From the NCBI GenBank assembly GCA_050084985.1, contig JBITNC010000001.1, positions 169,694,001 through 169,758,000 on the forward strand: a DNA stretch of 64,000 nt, in the 5' to 3' direction. Numbering within the stretch: position 1 is the stretch's first letter; every line of letters begins with the position of its first letter. This DNA comes from Nageia nagi. Its lineage: Eukaryota; Plantae; Pinophyta. Of this stretch, positions 23,946 through 37,201 are shown in pieces. Made by a program: the position numbers and the translations under genes. The notes beneath the pieces were generated by a model. It saw only the letters and a list, made by a program, of their open reading frames with translations. It did not search any database and was not told the origin of the DNA.

Positions 23946-24906
23946 CACTACTAGAAAATAATGTATTTTCTTCCAAACATAAAGCATATTTTTGAACATC
24001 AACACCAAAAATCAATGCAAATTTTTATGCAACTCACATAATCATTTTTGCATCTATTTTTATGTTATAATTTTACGTTGAATAAAAATGATATCAAGAT
24101 CAAAAGTTACGACCTTTGCAAGGTACATCATTTTTATTAAAATAATCACTCAAGATCCACTTCTATGATTTGCTCTGTATCTTAGAGTTTCCTTGTTTAA
24201 TAGCTCTTTAGGGCAATGACATTGGTCCATTAAATCAATTTAGGAATGGGGTTAGTGGTTCAAGTTTTAAAAATTTGAATTTATTGTATATAATTTTCCT
24301 AAATAATACAACACAGATTTTAATTTTACTGTCCATTTTTTGTTGCTTACTTCTTTGGGCAATTTCTTATCGACCTTCGAAGAAGTTTTCTTTTCTGCAA
24401 ATGGATATTTCTCTATCACTAGTTTTTTATTTGTGGGCTTGTTCTCTATGGGCTTCTTCTCTACCTTGGGTGCCATAGCTATGATCAAAACCTGAAATAT
24501 AAGGAAGAAAAAAAGTTAGCTGAAGTCTATGAAATGTGAGGATTGTGGGGAGGGTTTATTGATATATATAGATAGGATAGGGCATTTGGCTATTGGGTGA
24601 TCACTTCTGGTAGGGATGGAGGATAAAATGAATGTGAGCCTTCAATTGGTGGATTGATGAACATGTGAAATGCATTTTAATTTTTGTTAGTGAAATACAA
24701 TGTAAACTTTGCATCAAAATTTATGTCAAAATTTGCATAAATTTTTACATCAAAGTTTTATTATTTTTTGCATTGAAAAAAAGTGAAAAATAGAAAAAAA
24801 ATTAAAATAACACATTTGATGTAGTAGGATGCAAATTAATGTCAATTTTCAATTTTTGTGTTTGAAGATGCAAATAAGGATGCTAATAGGCCTTTTCCTA
24901 GTAGTG
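23946..24906. mobile_element. Element H: non-autonomous CACTA transposon (961 bp)
   Basis: TIRs CACTACTAGAAAA ... TTTTCCTAGTAGTG; 3-bp flanks TAT/TAG; ATGCA/GCATC-rich subterminal repeats. Confidence 0.85.
24351..24476 (-). pseudogene. H2B: Captured histone H2B N-terminal tail fragment (42 codons)
   Basis: MAPKVEKKPIENKPTNKKLVIEKYPFAEKKTSSKVDKKLPKE fits plant H2B MAPKAEKKPAEKKP...AEKK...KKLPKE; no histone fold follows. Confidence 0.75.
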
Positions 24907-24909
24907 TAG

Positions 24910-26290
24910 CTTGCATCTCTTTCTCCTCTTCAATATTTGGGTAATCATACTATAAAATTTGATTTATTACCTTTCCAACAAGATAATCGTTCATTCCAAA
25001 TGAGTGAGCTCCCAACTCTGATTTTTCATAATATACCATTCTAGTTGAATGATCTTCCACTTCATCTAAGTGAGATGTAATTAGATGGAAACACTCTTTC
25101 ATGAGTGTCCCTTCTTCATCTTCCTCTTTTGATTTTTGAAGAAATTGGTCTTCCATTTGCTTTTTCAACAAAGCAATTTTCAATTCAATATAAGCAATAT
25201 TATTTTGAAGTGTTGTCTCCTTCTCTCCAACATTATCCTCCATTAGTGTGTAATCATAATATGAATCTTCTTCAAATTTTGGTGTCTCTTTTATAAGACA
25301 CATTTCATCATATTCCTCTTCCATGAGACATTTATCACCCACCTCATCTTGGTGGTCTTAAACCATGCAATGCTTCATGATGAGTGTTTCTTCTCAATCT
25401 TCAAGGCAATCCTCCATTCTTAATGAATGGTATTCAACTTGGGCTAGCCAACATTATTCCATCAAGTATGTTGCTCTATCATCATTTTTGTATGGCTTAT
25501 ATTTAACATCTTCAACATGCCAATAATGTGGGGTTGGCTCTTCATCATTATCTTTCACGAGAATGACTTCATCAAAATTTTAATTTTGTGCCTCTTCCAT
25601 GAAACACTCTTCAACAAAGGGTTGAGATGATATCTCCTCCTCAACATGTTGAAGATATGTCTCTTCCATGAGACATTCTTCATCAATGTACATGCTTCCC
25701 TAACATTATACATCTTCTTTTTCTTTTTCAATACAACTCTCCTTAATGAGATTTTTCCAAGTCCTTATACAAGGCTCCTTCACATCCTCCTCTTTAAGAA
25801 GAAATTCTTTATTTTCATTATATATTCCTTTCTCATAAGACACATATCCCACAATAAGAATTACACAAGGCTCACAAGACTCTTCATATGAGTCTTCACA
25901 AGATTATCCAAAAGTATCCTCAAAAGAACAAGGCTCCCCCTTGCTCACACAATCTCCAAAATTGTCACACATATCTTCATGAGTGTCCTTATCACACCCA
26001 TAAGCATATTCCAATATTTTACATGCTTTTGTAGTTGATCTACAATTAGCAATAAAAGGGAAAACATTTTCTTTCATAATTCTCCTAAAGTACATGAAAT
26101 CCAATGCATTTTATTATTGCTCTCCTTTCTTCAACCTCTTCTCTTCTTCTCCAAGCATGATCCAATTTGGTGGTTATTGATAGCCTCATTCAATGATGTT
26201 CCAAAGGTATTTACCCATTAGAAAGGTCCTCAACTTTATTCTCCAATAAGCATAATCTTCTCCATAAAAATTGTACACTATTATGCCAAC
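24910..26290 (-). pseudogene. Decayed Copia gag of element A, followed by an acidic low-complexity frame
   Basis: GEDYAYWRIKLRTFLMGKYLWNIIE*GY, VFPFIANCRSTTKACKILEYAYG; E/D-rich ORF 24950..25342. Confidence 0.75.
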
Positions 26291-27228
26291 AAATAATTTC
26301 TTTGTGGGAAGATTTAATAAATCTTCACACTCATCTCTAGAATTGATCTAACATGGATCTATAAGTTTATCTCTTCAAGAGCAGGAATTATTCCAAAAAA
26401 TTTTGTTCTTTGAGATCAACTTAAATCTAAAATATAGAGGTCTAATATTACTAGAAGGAAGATGTTCATGCCATGCTGATTCATAGGGCATCAATGTCAT
26501 AGATTTGGATCAATTTTCGTAGGAAGTTGAAGGGACATGATCATTTTCAAATTTAGGTTATTCTAGACTATGAACCATTTTTATTTGGTGAATCTAAATC
26601 TATTTGAGGTTTTTTTTTTGAGGCTGTAAGGAGTATGGGGGAGTTTTGTAATGAATACCAAGAGTCAACTTATGAATTGTTCATTCTATGTAGTAGTAAT
26701 CTCTTGTTGTATAGAAGTATTGAAAAGGTTTAGAGGAGTATGTATTGTTATCTTTTATTTGTATTTATCCATTATATATGTACATATTATAATGCTATAT
26801 AGAAAATAAGAATAAGTGCTCTTATTCCATGTTGTATTAGCCCACATTGGGTAAACTAGGGTAAATCAATATGTTAAACATTTGTGTGTGTGATTTGAGA
26901 TTGTTCATTTGCTATTGATATATAGTATTAAGTTGATTTTCCAATTTGCACATTAATTTGATGGGTAACATAATGGAATTTTTGTTTCAAATTTATAACT
27001 AAGGATTCAAGTATGTTATAATCATTTGATGATTAGGAATCACATGGTATTAGAGTGCAAGTTGTTAAATATTCAAGGGAATTTTATATGGATTTTACGA
27101 TGTTGATGCATTACAGGTGCGTCTATAGAGCGAACACATTGTGATTGTTGATATTTGGTAGAATATCTCAAGGAAGTGAATTATTTCCTAAGGATCTTGA
27201 TATTGATAGATGAAGAAGGGTAACTACT

Positions 27229-30200
27229 ATGGAGCATATAGGAGAAGAACAACTTGAAAATGTTCTAACCATGTTGTTTGCCAATTTTCAAAGGAGATTT
27301 ATTACAATGGAGAATCATTTATTAAGATTGACTAAGCTCTTAAATGGAATTCATTAAAAAAATAATAATCAAAAGAAACATTGAAATGTTGAAGAAGGGA
27401 GACTTGATTCATCATCATCTCATTCCATTCCATTTAAGGTGGAGATTCCTACTTTTGGTGGAGAGGTTGATGTTGATAAATTGAATAATTAGCTAAAACA
27501 ATTAGAGATATACTTTTAGATATAAGGTATTGTTGGTGATATAAATAAAATCTCTTTTACAATATTGAATATGGGCAGGCATGCATTGATTTGGTGGAAG
27601 ATTCATGTTTAAACTCTTACACATGACAACCAACTAGAAGTATCTTCTTGGGAAGAATTCAAGAATTTGTTAAAGGATCAATTTTATCCATTGGGATACC
27701 ATAAAAATAAACTAATGAAATGGTAATTATTTAGACAAAAAAGGGGGTAATCAACTCAAAAATATATAACTAAATTTAGAAAGTAAGCTACTTTGCTTAG
27801 GTTTCACTTAAAGATCCTCAAACATTGATGAAGTACATTGGAGGGATGCATAGTCATTTATAAAATACTATCATGTTGTTCAATCCTTAAAATATTGATC
27901 AAGTATGTGTTCAAGCACAATATTTGGAAGAATATGGTAAAGCAAAAAGGAAATATGAAGACTCCAAGAAGGCTTCATGTTCAAAGGGTCATCAGGAAAA
28001 AGGGAAATCTCAAGAGAAAGGAAAAGGTAAGCAAGATACTAAAACTACCAATATTTCAATGAAAGAGGGTATTAATAATCATTGAAATTATTGTGATAGA
28101 GATGGTCATGTTGAAGAGAAATTTTGGAAGCTTCATCCACAATTATGTCCATTTAAGAAGAAGAGTAAGGATAAGAAGAATGATATGGTCAATAGGTGTG
28201 AGGATGTTGAGGGAAGTTTTAATGTTGATGAAAAGCTTAATTAATTTGATGTTTAGAAGGTTATAGAGGATAAATACATTAAGGATTAAAGGATTAATTT
28301 ATTCCACCTTAAGATCCAAATCAAGAAGATAAGAATTGATTGCATCATTGATTTGTGTTCTCAAAAAAATTTGATTTTTGAGTCTATGGTGAGTAGTTTG
28401 GGATTGAATATCTACAACCATACACATCCATATCCTTTGGATTTGATGCATAATGATTTTAGACTTCAAGTTACTAATTAATGTAAGTTGGAATTTGCTA
28501 TTTGTACAAAGTACATTGATGAAGCTGTGGTTGATGTTGTTCCATTAGCTAGTTGTGGTGTTATTCTTGGTAAATGTATTTGTGGGATAAATATGCTATT
28601 TTTTATAGAATATCGAGTAAGTATAAATTAGTTAAGGATGGAAATGAATATCTTGTTAGCACTCATAAAAGAAAGAAGAATTTACCTTTGGTTACAACTA
28701 GTTAGGTCAAATGATTGATTACTACAAGCAAATAGTTTATCCTACTCATGATTAGGGTGAAAGAGTCTAGGTATATTAAGATCACAATGTCCACTCCATG
28801 TTGTTCTAACTCTAGGGTATACACACTATACATAAGAGAGGATGAGATATAGAAATAGGTTTATGAGTTTGTTGAGGTGTTTGTAGAGAGGAAGAGAATA
28901 CCTCCTATGCAAGCGATACAACATAAGATTCAACTATTACCTGATGCTTCTTTTCCCAACATAGCATTGTATAGGCAATAATTTTTAGAGCAAGAGGAGA
29001 TTAAAGGGAAAATTCAAGAGTTGGTTGATCAGGGTATCATTAGACCTAGTAAATCTTCATGTGGGTCACTTATGATTTTGGTTCCAAAGAAGGATCAAAC
29101 TTGGAGGATGTATAGTGACTATAGAGCACTCAATAAATTCACCATTAAGAACTATTATCCATTATCTCATATATATGATCTATTGGATCAATTGCAAGGG
29201 GAAAGTTTCTTCACCAAGCTAGACTTGAGAAGTGGATATCATCAAGTTAGGATCAAGGAAGAGAACATTTGGAATGCCATCTTTAAGATAAGAAAAGGCC
29301 TATTTGAGTGGCTTGTTTTTCCATTTGGTTTGTATAATTCACCAACCACATTTATAAGGGTAATGAATGAAGTTATTCATCCATTTATTAATTCATTTAT
29401 TATTGTTTACTTGGATGATATTCTTATGTATAGTTCTACTTAGGAGAAACATTTGGTACATCTTAGACAAGTGCTCCAAACTTTGCAAAAGGAGAAGTTG
29501 TTGAAGATGAAGAAGTGTAAGTTTGGTAAGCAATTTTTGGTTTTTTTAGGCCATGTTATTGGTTATGAACAACTTAAAATAGATCTTGAAAAGGTTAATG
29601 TTATACTATATTGGCCTATACCATCTAATAGAAAATTTATTATTGATTTGTCCCATATTGCTTTACCTTTATATGATATTACTAGTAAGAGGAATTTTTT
29701 TCAATGGGGAAAGAAACAACAGTCATATTTTGGTGTTTTGAAGTAAAATATTATTAATACACCCATGTTGGTACTTCCTTATTTGCAAAAGCCTTAGGAA
29801 ATTGATATTGACACAAGTGATTATGACATGGGGATAGTTTTGTTACAAGGAAGAAGACCAATATGCTACCATTCTAAAAAGTTTAGTGGGGTAACTTTGA
29901 ATTATCCTACATATGAAAAGGAGTTATATTCATTGGTTTAGGTATTAAAGAAGTGAAAATATTACTTGATGGGTAATTAAAGATACAATCATACATATTG
30001 TTAATCAACCATTGAAGTATTTGTAAACTCAATAGAAGTTGCAACAAACTAGGCATTTCACATGGATGCATTTTTTACAATAATTTCATCTAATTATCAA
30101 GTATAGGAAGGGCATCCATAATAAGATTATAGATATGCTTTCTAGAACATATATTTTTATAACAATCACAGCTCCTATACCATGCTATTCTATATTTAGG

Positions 30201-31730
30201 GCATCGATGTCATGCATAGAGATGAATAGGGGTTCCTTAATAGTCATGAAATTTTGTACTTTTATCTTTGAGGCATATTCAAAAGCATATGTGCATGATC
30301 TTAATTTTGGAGGAGTATATCAAAGGTTGACTTCATCTAGATTGAATTATGAAGGTATGGATGATTATCATCTGCATGATGGACTTATTTATTGTTTTAA
30401 TGCATTATGTGTTCTTAAAGGGGAGAGAGTTGGACTGATTCAAGAAGCTCATACATCTAATATGGTTGGTCATTTGGGGTTGGAAAGACATTGCATAATT
30501 TGTAAAGGTATGTGCATTGACCCAAGATGCAAGAGCAAGTTGCTAAGTACATTAGAGGGTATTCTTTGTGTTCCATAATTAAGTCTAGTAACAGAAAGTT
30601 AGGTTTGTATCAACCACTTCAAGTACCAAATCATCCTTGGGAGTGTATTTCGATGGATTTTGTAAGAGGTTTTTCTATGTTTAAGAAAGGGCATGATTAT
30701 TTATTTATTATGATGTATAGATTTAAAAAGATGTCTATATTACTCCCATGTAAGAAGACTATTATGGAATAAGAGGCTGCAAATTTATTCTTTTCTCATG
30801 TTTGGGTTTATTTTGGGTTATCCACTTCTATTATTTTGGATAGGGATTATAGATTTTTGGGAAACTTTAAGACTAATTTGTAGAAGAAGATAGATATGAG
30901 GTTGAAGATAAATATTACCTTCATCTTCAAACATATGGACAAACTAAAGTGATGAATAGGAAAATAGTTCAACTCTTGCGGGGTTATTGTAGCAAGCATC
31001 CTAAGTCTTGGGATGAGCATCTTGAATATATTCAACACTCATATAATAGGTAAATTCATTCTTCCATTAATAAAACTTTATTTGATACTTGTTTTAGTTA
31101 TTTACCACCCTCACCTTTTGATTGTGTATTTGGGAAACAAAAGGATGAAGGAGATTCACTTATGAAGGAGGAAAAGCAAGTTGATGCATTTGTGGAAAGA
31201 ATTAGGCAAATTCATTTGAAATCACAAGAGAAAATTAAGGAAAACCAAGATAAATACAAGTTAATGCATAAAAATCATAGGTTTTACCATAAGTTTCATG
31301 TAGGAGATCATGTTTTGTTATATCTTAGTAAGAAGAGATTGCAAGTACTCGCTAAGAAGTTAAATCCTATAAGGTATGGACCATTTGAAATTTTAGAGCA
31401 AGTGAGAGAGAATGAATTTATAATGAATCTACCCATATATATGAATATATATTCAATTTTAAATATAAAGAAATTGAAATTAAATGATCCATCCATGTTG
31501 ATTGAAGATGAAGTAGGTTTAGATCAGATTTTGCATCTCTTGATGAATTAACTCTTCATTTTATGGATGAACTTAAGGAGGATTCTATTTTGTAAAAGAA
31601 GTTTTATGCTATAACAAAGGGTGAGACTAAGATATGGTTAGTTGTATTGAAAGAATAGATGCCTAACAAAGGCAAGTGGATGGTGAAATTTTACAAGGTA
31701 GAGGAGTTGTATCCTCATCTTCTTCCCATA
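27229..31730 (+). pseudogene. Decayed gag-pol of element B (gag, PR, RT, RH, INT)
   Basis: RT ORF 29021..29443 with LDLRSGYHQ, PFGL, YLDD; INT PWECISMDFV; GPF motif RYGPFEI; many stops. Confidence 0.93.
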
Positions 31731-33227
31731 TGTATTTGTGGAACTAAATGCTTCCCTATTGGGGAGGTGTGATTCAAAATGGATATTAAAATTGATCTCT
31801 TTATGAGCAAGAATTATTCCAAAGGTTTTTGTGCTTGTAGATTAGCTTAAATGTGAAATCTAGAGGTTTGATCTTACTAGAAGGATAATGTTCATACCAT
31901 GCTAATACTGTTCATAGGGCATTGATGTTGTATGTTTGGATTAAGTTTCATGGGAAGTTGAAAGGATAAGGTTATTTTGGAAGTTAGGTCATTCAAGATA
32001 TTGAACCATGATTGGTTGAAAACTTTGAATCTATTTGAAGCTATCTTCTTCATTATTTTGAGGTTGGAAGGAATTTGGAAGGGGTTTGCAAGAAAGACTA
32101 AAAGTTATCTTTTGAATTATTCATTCTTTATAGTTGTAATATCTTGTTGTGATGCACCCAAATGTGGCAACCCTCCACCCAAGGGGAGGACCAAGGTTTC
32201 AAAACTAATGCTATTTCTATTATTTATCTTGTGACAAATTATGGAGGGATGCTCTTAATGTCTAGACTTACAAGCAAATAAATGTTAATTAGGGCCTCAA
32301 CACCCTATTCCCTTAATACCCTAGAGTGTGCTCAAAGAGGGGTGTTAAACCTCCTTTATGGAATGTAGACACCTATCCCACAATCAAATGGGAATTAGAA
32401 AGTGATAATATACCTACAATGCAAAGTGATATGCTCATGATATGCTAATATGATGATAAAATGATAAATAAAAGCTAAAATACCATGAATCTAACTTATA
32501 AACATGACACATGTTAATATAAATACATAAATATGCTATAGAAAAAGGATACAAGTGCTCTAATTCTCCAAGATAGCTCCCAATGCTCTCCATTACCTAT
32601 AAGAAAGCTTAAGACATATTATGGGTATGTTAGTGGTGATTAGGGTATGGGATAGTGCTCAAGTTTTTAATTGGGAAAGTGAGGAAGGAGTGTAAATATC
32701 AAGAGCTAAAATGAGATTTAAAATTTGACTTTATAGATTAGGGATCAAATTGGTAGGCTAATTGACCTAGCCAATTGGTTAGTTAGCAAGTTAACCGATC
32801 AAGGAAATCGATAGACTAGTTTGATGCCCAACATATAAGGCCAAAAATGGCTATGATGGAGAGATTGGGAGAAATCACAAAGATGCAAAATGATCAGGGA
32901 CAAGAGGCTATTTTGAGATGCTCATAGATGATCCCTTTTGAGATGAGTTTTACAAGATGTGAAACTTAACTCAAAAGCTAAAGGGAAAATGATGATGATT
33001 ATGATGAATGATGATGATAAACAAGATATTAATAATGATTATTAATGATCAATGATTAATGATGTTTTATTGAAAAACAAGAGGATGTGGAGGTATGAAA
33101 ACCTACCACATGCTAAAGAATACAAATGTTATATGCTCTCAAAGATATGGTCAATGCAAGGGTGGCCAACAAAAGGCTATACTAAATGATCGAGACTTGA
33201 TATGAGTCATTATCAAATATAATTTTG

Positions 33228-33530
33228 GCCCATGATAAATGGAAATCAAAGGACAAAAAGGTATCCAATATTGTTCCATGCTTAATGGAAAGCAAGAATG
33301 ATAATAGTAACTTTACCCCATGTTGAATGGAAAGAGAAGGGAAAATAAATGATAAGCCTTTCCCCATGCTAAATGGAAAGAAAAGTAAAAAATGATAAAT
33401 CTTGTCCCATACTAAATGGAAAGCAAGATGAACAAGGCCCAAGGATAAATTTGCCCCATGTTAAATGGAAATCAAAAGAGATTTTCCCAAATGATATCTT
33501 TTTGCCATGTTGAATGGAAAGCAAATATGT
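33228..33530. repeat. Array of about 7 conserved cores (CCCATGYTRAATGGAAAG) with variable spacers, period about 40-51 bp; more copies at 36975-37100
   Basis: Cores near 33229, 33276, 33317, 33363, 33406, 33455, 33505. Confidence 0.85.
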
Positions 33531-33579
33531 TATCAATGATCAAAGTGATAGTGTGTGCAATGTGATACAAAAGCCAACA

Positions 33580-34019
33580 CATTCATGTCAAGGGTATATA
33601 TGAATATAACATCTTATGGTACCAACATTTGCATTTTGTAACTAGTATGTACTACTAAAGGGTAATATGATATAGTTAACACAGTTGTATCGAGGGTACC
33701 TATGGATATAACACCTCGTAATGCCAATACTATCATATTGTAACCAGTCAATACCATGGAAAAAGAAAGAAAAAGATAGAAGATAAGGGGACATATGGCT
33801 ATAACACCTCACAGTGCCAATATTGTCGTGCCATAACTAATCCATACTATAATAGAGATGATATTATAACAAGAGATACAATGGTGTCAAGGGTACCTAT
33901 GGCTATAACACCTCATGGTACCAACATTATCATGTCATAAACAATCGGTACCATAAAAGGATAATGAAGGATAAAATGATAATAGTTGATACACTCATGT
34001 CAAGGATACCTACAGCTAC
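33580..34019. repeat. Second array in C (core GTCAAGGGTACCTATGGCTATAACACCTC..., period about 100 bp), continues at 36790-36930
   Basis: About 5 copies left of D and 1-2 right of D; one unit is split by D. Confidence 0.8.
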
Positions 34020-36789
34020 TATTAACACCTAAAAAGGAATTTTAATTCAATTAAAATACCCTTTTAGGTATTTGAAATAATTTATTAAATAAATGCTATT
34101 ATCATTGAGCACACTCATCTAACTTTATGTTTTATGATAACAGGTGAGCTTGGCATCACAATAAGCCTAAGGAGAAGTCTTAGCACTAGACCTATTACCT
34201 ATAAAAGATGAAGAGGTTGTGCATGATAAAAAATATGACATGACATGACATAATCTTAAATCCTTGATAGGTGATAATATACTTGTGTCATTCTTGATTG
34301 ATATTTCTTAATTTAAATTATCACATTTGGATTTTTTATACTCTAATCTTGACATTTCTATGATATTTCATCCATTCATGAGCGATATTCCATGTATCGA
34401 AGGTGGGATGATGACATTGAGTGAAAGGGTGATATATTTTGGAATGGTAACCAGGTGACATCCTTGGGTTCCTAATGTTGGTGCTAGGTTGAGGTTGGAT
34501 TTGTGGCTCCATATTTTCAAGAAACTCATCATTCATCTCCTTTCAATTGAATTTTTCCTTTGTTCATCATCACAGGTAAAGTACAAGTTTGTATCTCTCA
34601 TAAATCTATTCTTGATAGGTCAAGGTGAATTAAGTCATTATCATCTTTCATGTAATTTATTTCCTATTATTTCATGGTAATTTGGTTAGATTAATATTAT
34701 TTAAATAACCCTAATTATTATTATCTTCCTTCTTTTAATATGGCTATTTTTGATCTTTTGACGGATTATCATACTTTATCTTTCCAATTTCCACCATACA
34801 ATCTTCTTTTTGAGTCAACTTAGGAACAATGTTAGAAAAAGAAAAATACACATAATCCATAGCTATAAACCTCAATTCAGGATGAATATTATGAACAAAT
34901 ATGGCCTTTACATGTGCTTCTAACAAAGGGTCCTTAATCATACTCTGAATGTTTTGAAATCTTTGAGCAGACTTTGCTAATCTTTCATTTTGGGTTTGCA
35001 TAGTATTCTTTAAATAAGAAATAATAACTTCCCTATGAGATGTATATTTGAAATACATATTAAATACAAACAAGAGTTGTTCATAAGAATTAATTGACTT
35101 GGAGGGAAATAAAAATACTAATTGTGAGTATCACCCTTTAATGTAGTTGGAAACTATTTGGCCATTAGATTATCATTTACTCCAAGCTTCAATTCAAACA
35201 TCATCTTAAAAACCTTTATATGAGCCATAGGATCTCTTTCTCTTAAATATGAATCAAAAATTGGTTCCACTTGAATATCATATGCCCAAGTGTTGCCAAT
35301 TGTTGCGAATTTCATCACATAGAGGGTTGGAATCCCTAGAAATAGGAGGATTAGCTCCAATAGGTAGATTATTGCCCCCAATGTTGTAGCCTTCACTTCA
35401 ATATTAATTTCCATAAAGCATCTTCTTCAAATTAGCTTTAGTTGCATCATCAAAGCTATTGACCATGGTAAGAAACTCGATCGATTCCATTTCTAAAACA
35501 CTTGAAATGCAATATTAGTCCTATCCAAAAGCCTTAGAGCTTTTGACACAACTAGTGGGCAAAATATGCAATTATAGACTTTAAAATATCACAATTATTT
35601 CCTAATCACATATATCTAAGGTTGGGACAAGTTTTTATTATGAAATAAACCACCAAATAATTGCAAAATAGGTTCAAAATTTAGGGCTTTTTAATATGAC
35701 ATTATTTTGCAAACATTTCTCAAAATTGATCAAAATATGCAATTCTAGGCCCTGAAAAATCATTAAACATTTCCAATTATATTTATCTATGGTTTGAAAA
35801 AAATTTGTAATGCTATATATCACCAAATTGAGCAAAATGAGCTTCAAAATTCAAAGTTTTCTTTAAAAATGAAATTCATCAAAAATAAATCTTCTTCATA
35901 TTCAACAATTTTCAATCAACAAAAATTTAAAGAATTATCAAAACCAAAGGGAAAACAAAAACTAAAACATAATACACCACAAATAATGATAAAATCCATA
36001 GAAAATATGATGTGCTAAAATAAAAATTTCAAGGTTTGTTAGATACAAATGAGTTCACCAAATGTTATAACTAAAATAATAATAATTTGGGTTATTTACA
36101 TAATATTCAATTTAACTAATTAACTACAAAATAATAGTAAATGGTGACATGAAAGATTATAATGACCTACTTGACCTTGACCTATCAAATTGAATTTATA
36201 AAAGATACAAACCTAGAGCTTTACCTATGACAATGATCAAAGGTGATATGAAATTTAAAGAGGATGAATGACGATCTTCTTTGAAAGATGGAGCCACAAA
36301 TACAACCTCGACCTAATGCTGACACTAGGAACCCAATAGTGCCACCTAGTTACCATTCTCTAATACCTTTCCCTTTCACTCAATATCATCATTCTACCTT
36401 CAATGCATATAATCTCACTCACAAATGGATGAAAGATCATAGGAATGTAGATATTAGAGTATAACAAAATCCAAAAATGATAGGTGTCGTTAAGAAACAC
36501 TGATCAAGATTGACATAAGTATATTGCCATTTATTAAGGATTCGTAATTATGTCATGTTATGTTATATATTTGATCATGCATAACCCCTCCATCTTTATA
36601 GGAAACACATCTAGTACAAAGGCTCCTCCTTAGGCTTATTGTAATGTTGAGTTGACCTATTATAATAAAACATAACGGTATATGAGAGTGCATATAGAAA
36701 AGAGCATTTATTTAATAAATTAAATAAATTATTTCAAATATCTAAAAGTGTGTTTTAATTAGATTAAAATTCTTTTTTAGATGTTAACA
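34020..36789 (-). mobile_element. Element D: LTR-derived element with two inverted LTR copies around a gag fragment
   Basis: 34020-34724 is the reverse complement of about 36075-36789; Trp-like PBS TGGTGAAC at 36060-36053; gag ORFs 35154..35414 and 34744..35073. Confidence 0.85.
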
Positions 36790-37201
36790 ATTATAACACC
36801 TTAAGATGCCAACATTATCATATTGTAATCAATAGGTACCACCAAATAGGATATGATAATGATGATGTAATCACATTAAAGGGTACATATAGGTATAACA
36901 CCTCATAATGCTAATATTTTCATACCCTAACCAATAAACACACATAAAAGATAGGATAAATGCCCAAAATATAACCTTGCCTATGCTCAATGGAAAACAA
37001 GGACGAATAAATGATAAGTTTTTCCCCATGCTCAATGGAAAGCAAGAAGTAAAGAGCTCAAATTGTATCTTTTCCCCATGCTAAATGAAAAGAAAAGATG
37101 ATAAAGCTCAAGTGATAGTGCTAAAATCATGATGTATGACGTGCTAATGATATGCTAAAATGCCAATACAATATTTGGATATGACTTAAGATATTTGATA
37201 G

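Noticed and set aside
24267-24488. Functional histone H2B gene
   Set aside because: No histone-fold sequence follows the tail, and the fragment is decayed and lies inside CACTA TIRs
33228-33530. CRISPR array
   Set aside because: Repeats are degenerate, spacers vary in length and are low-complexity, there are no cas genes, and the array lies in the 3' UTR of a plant retroelement
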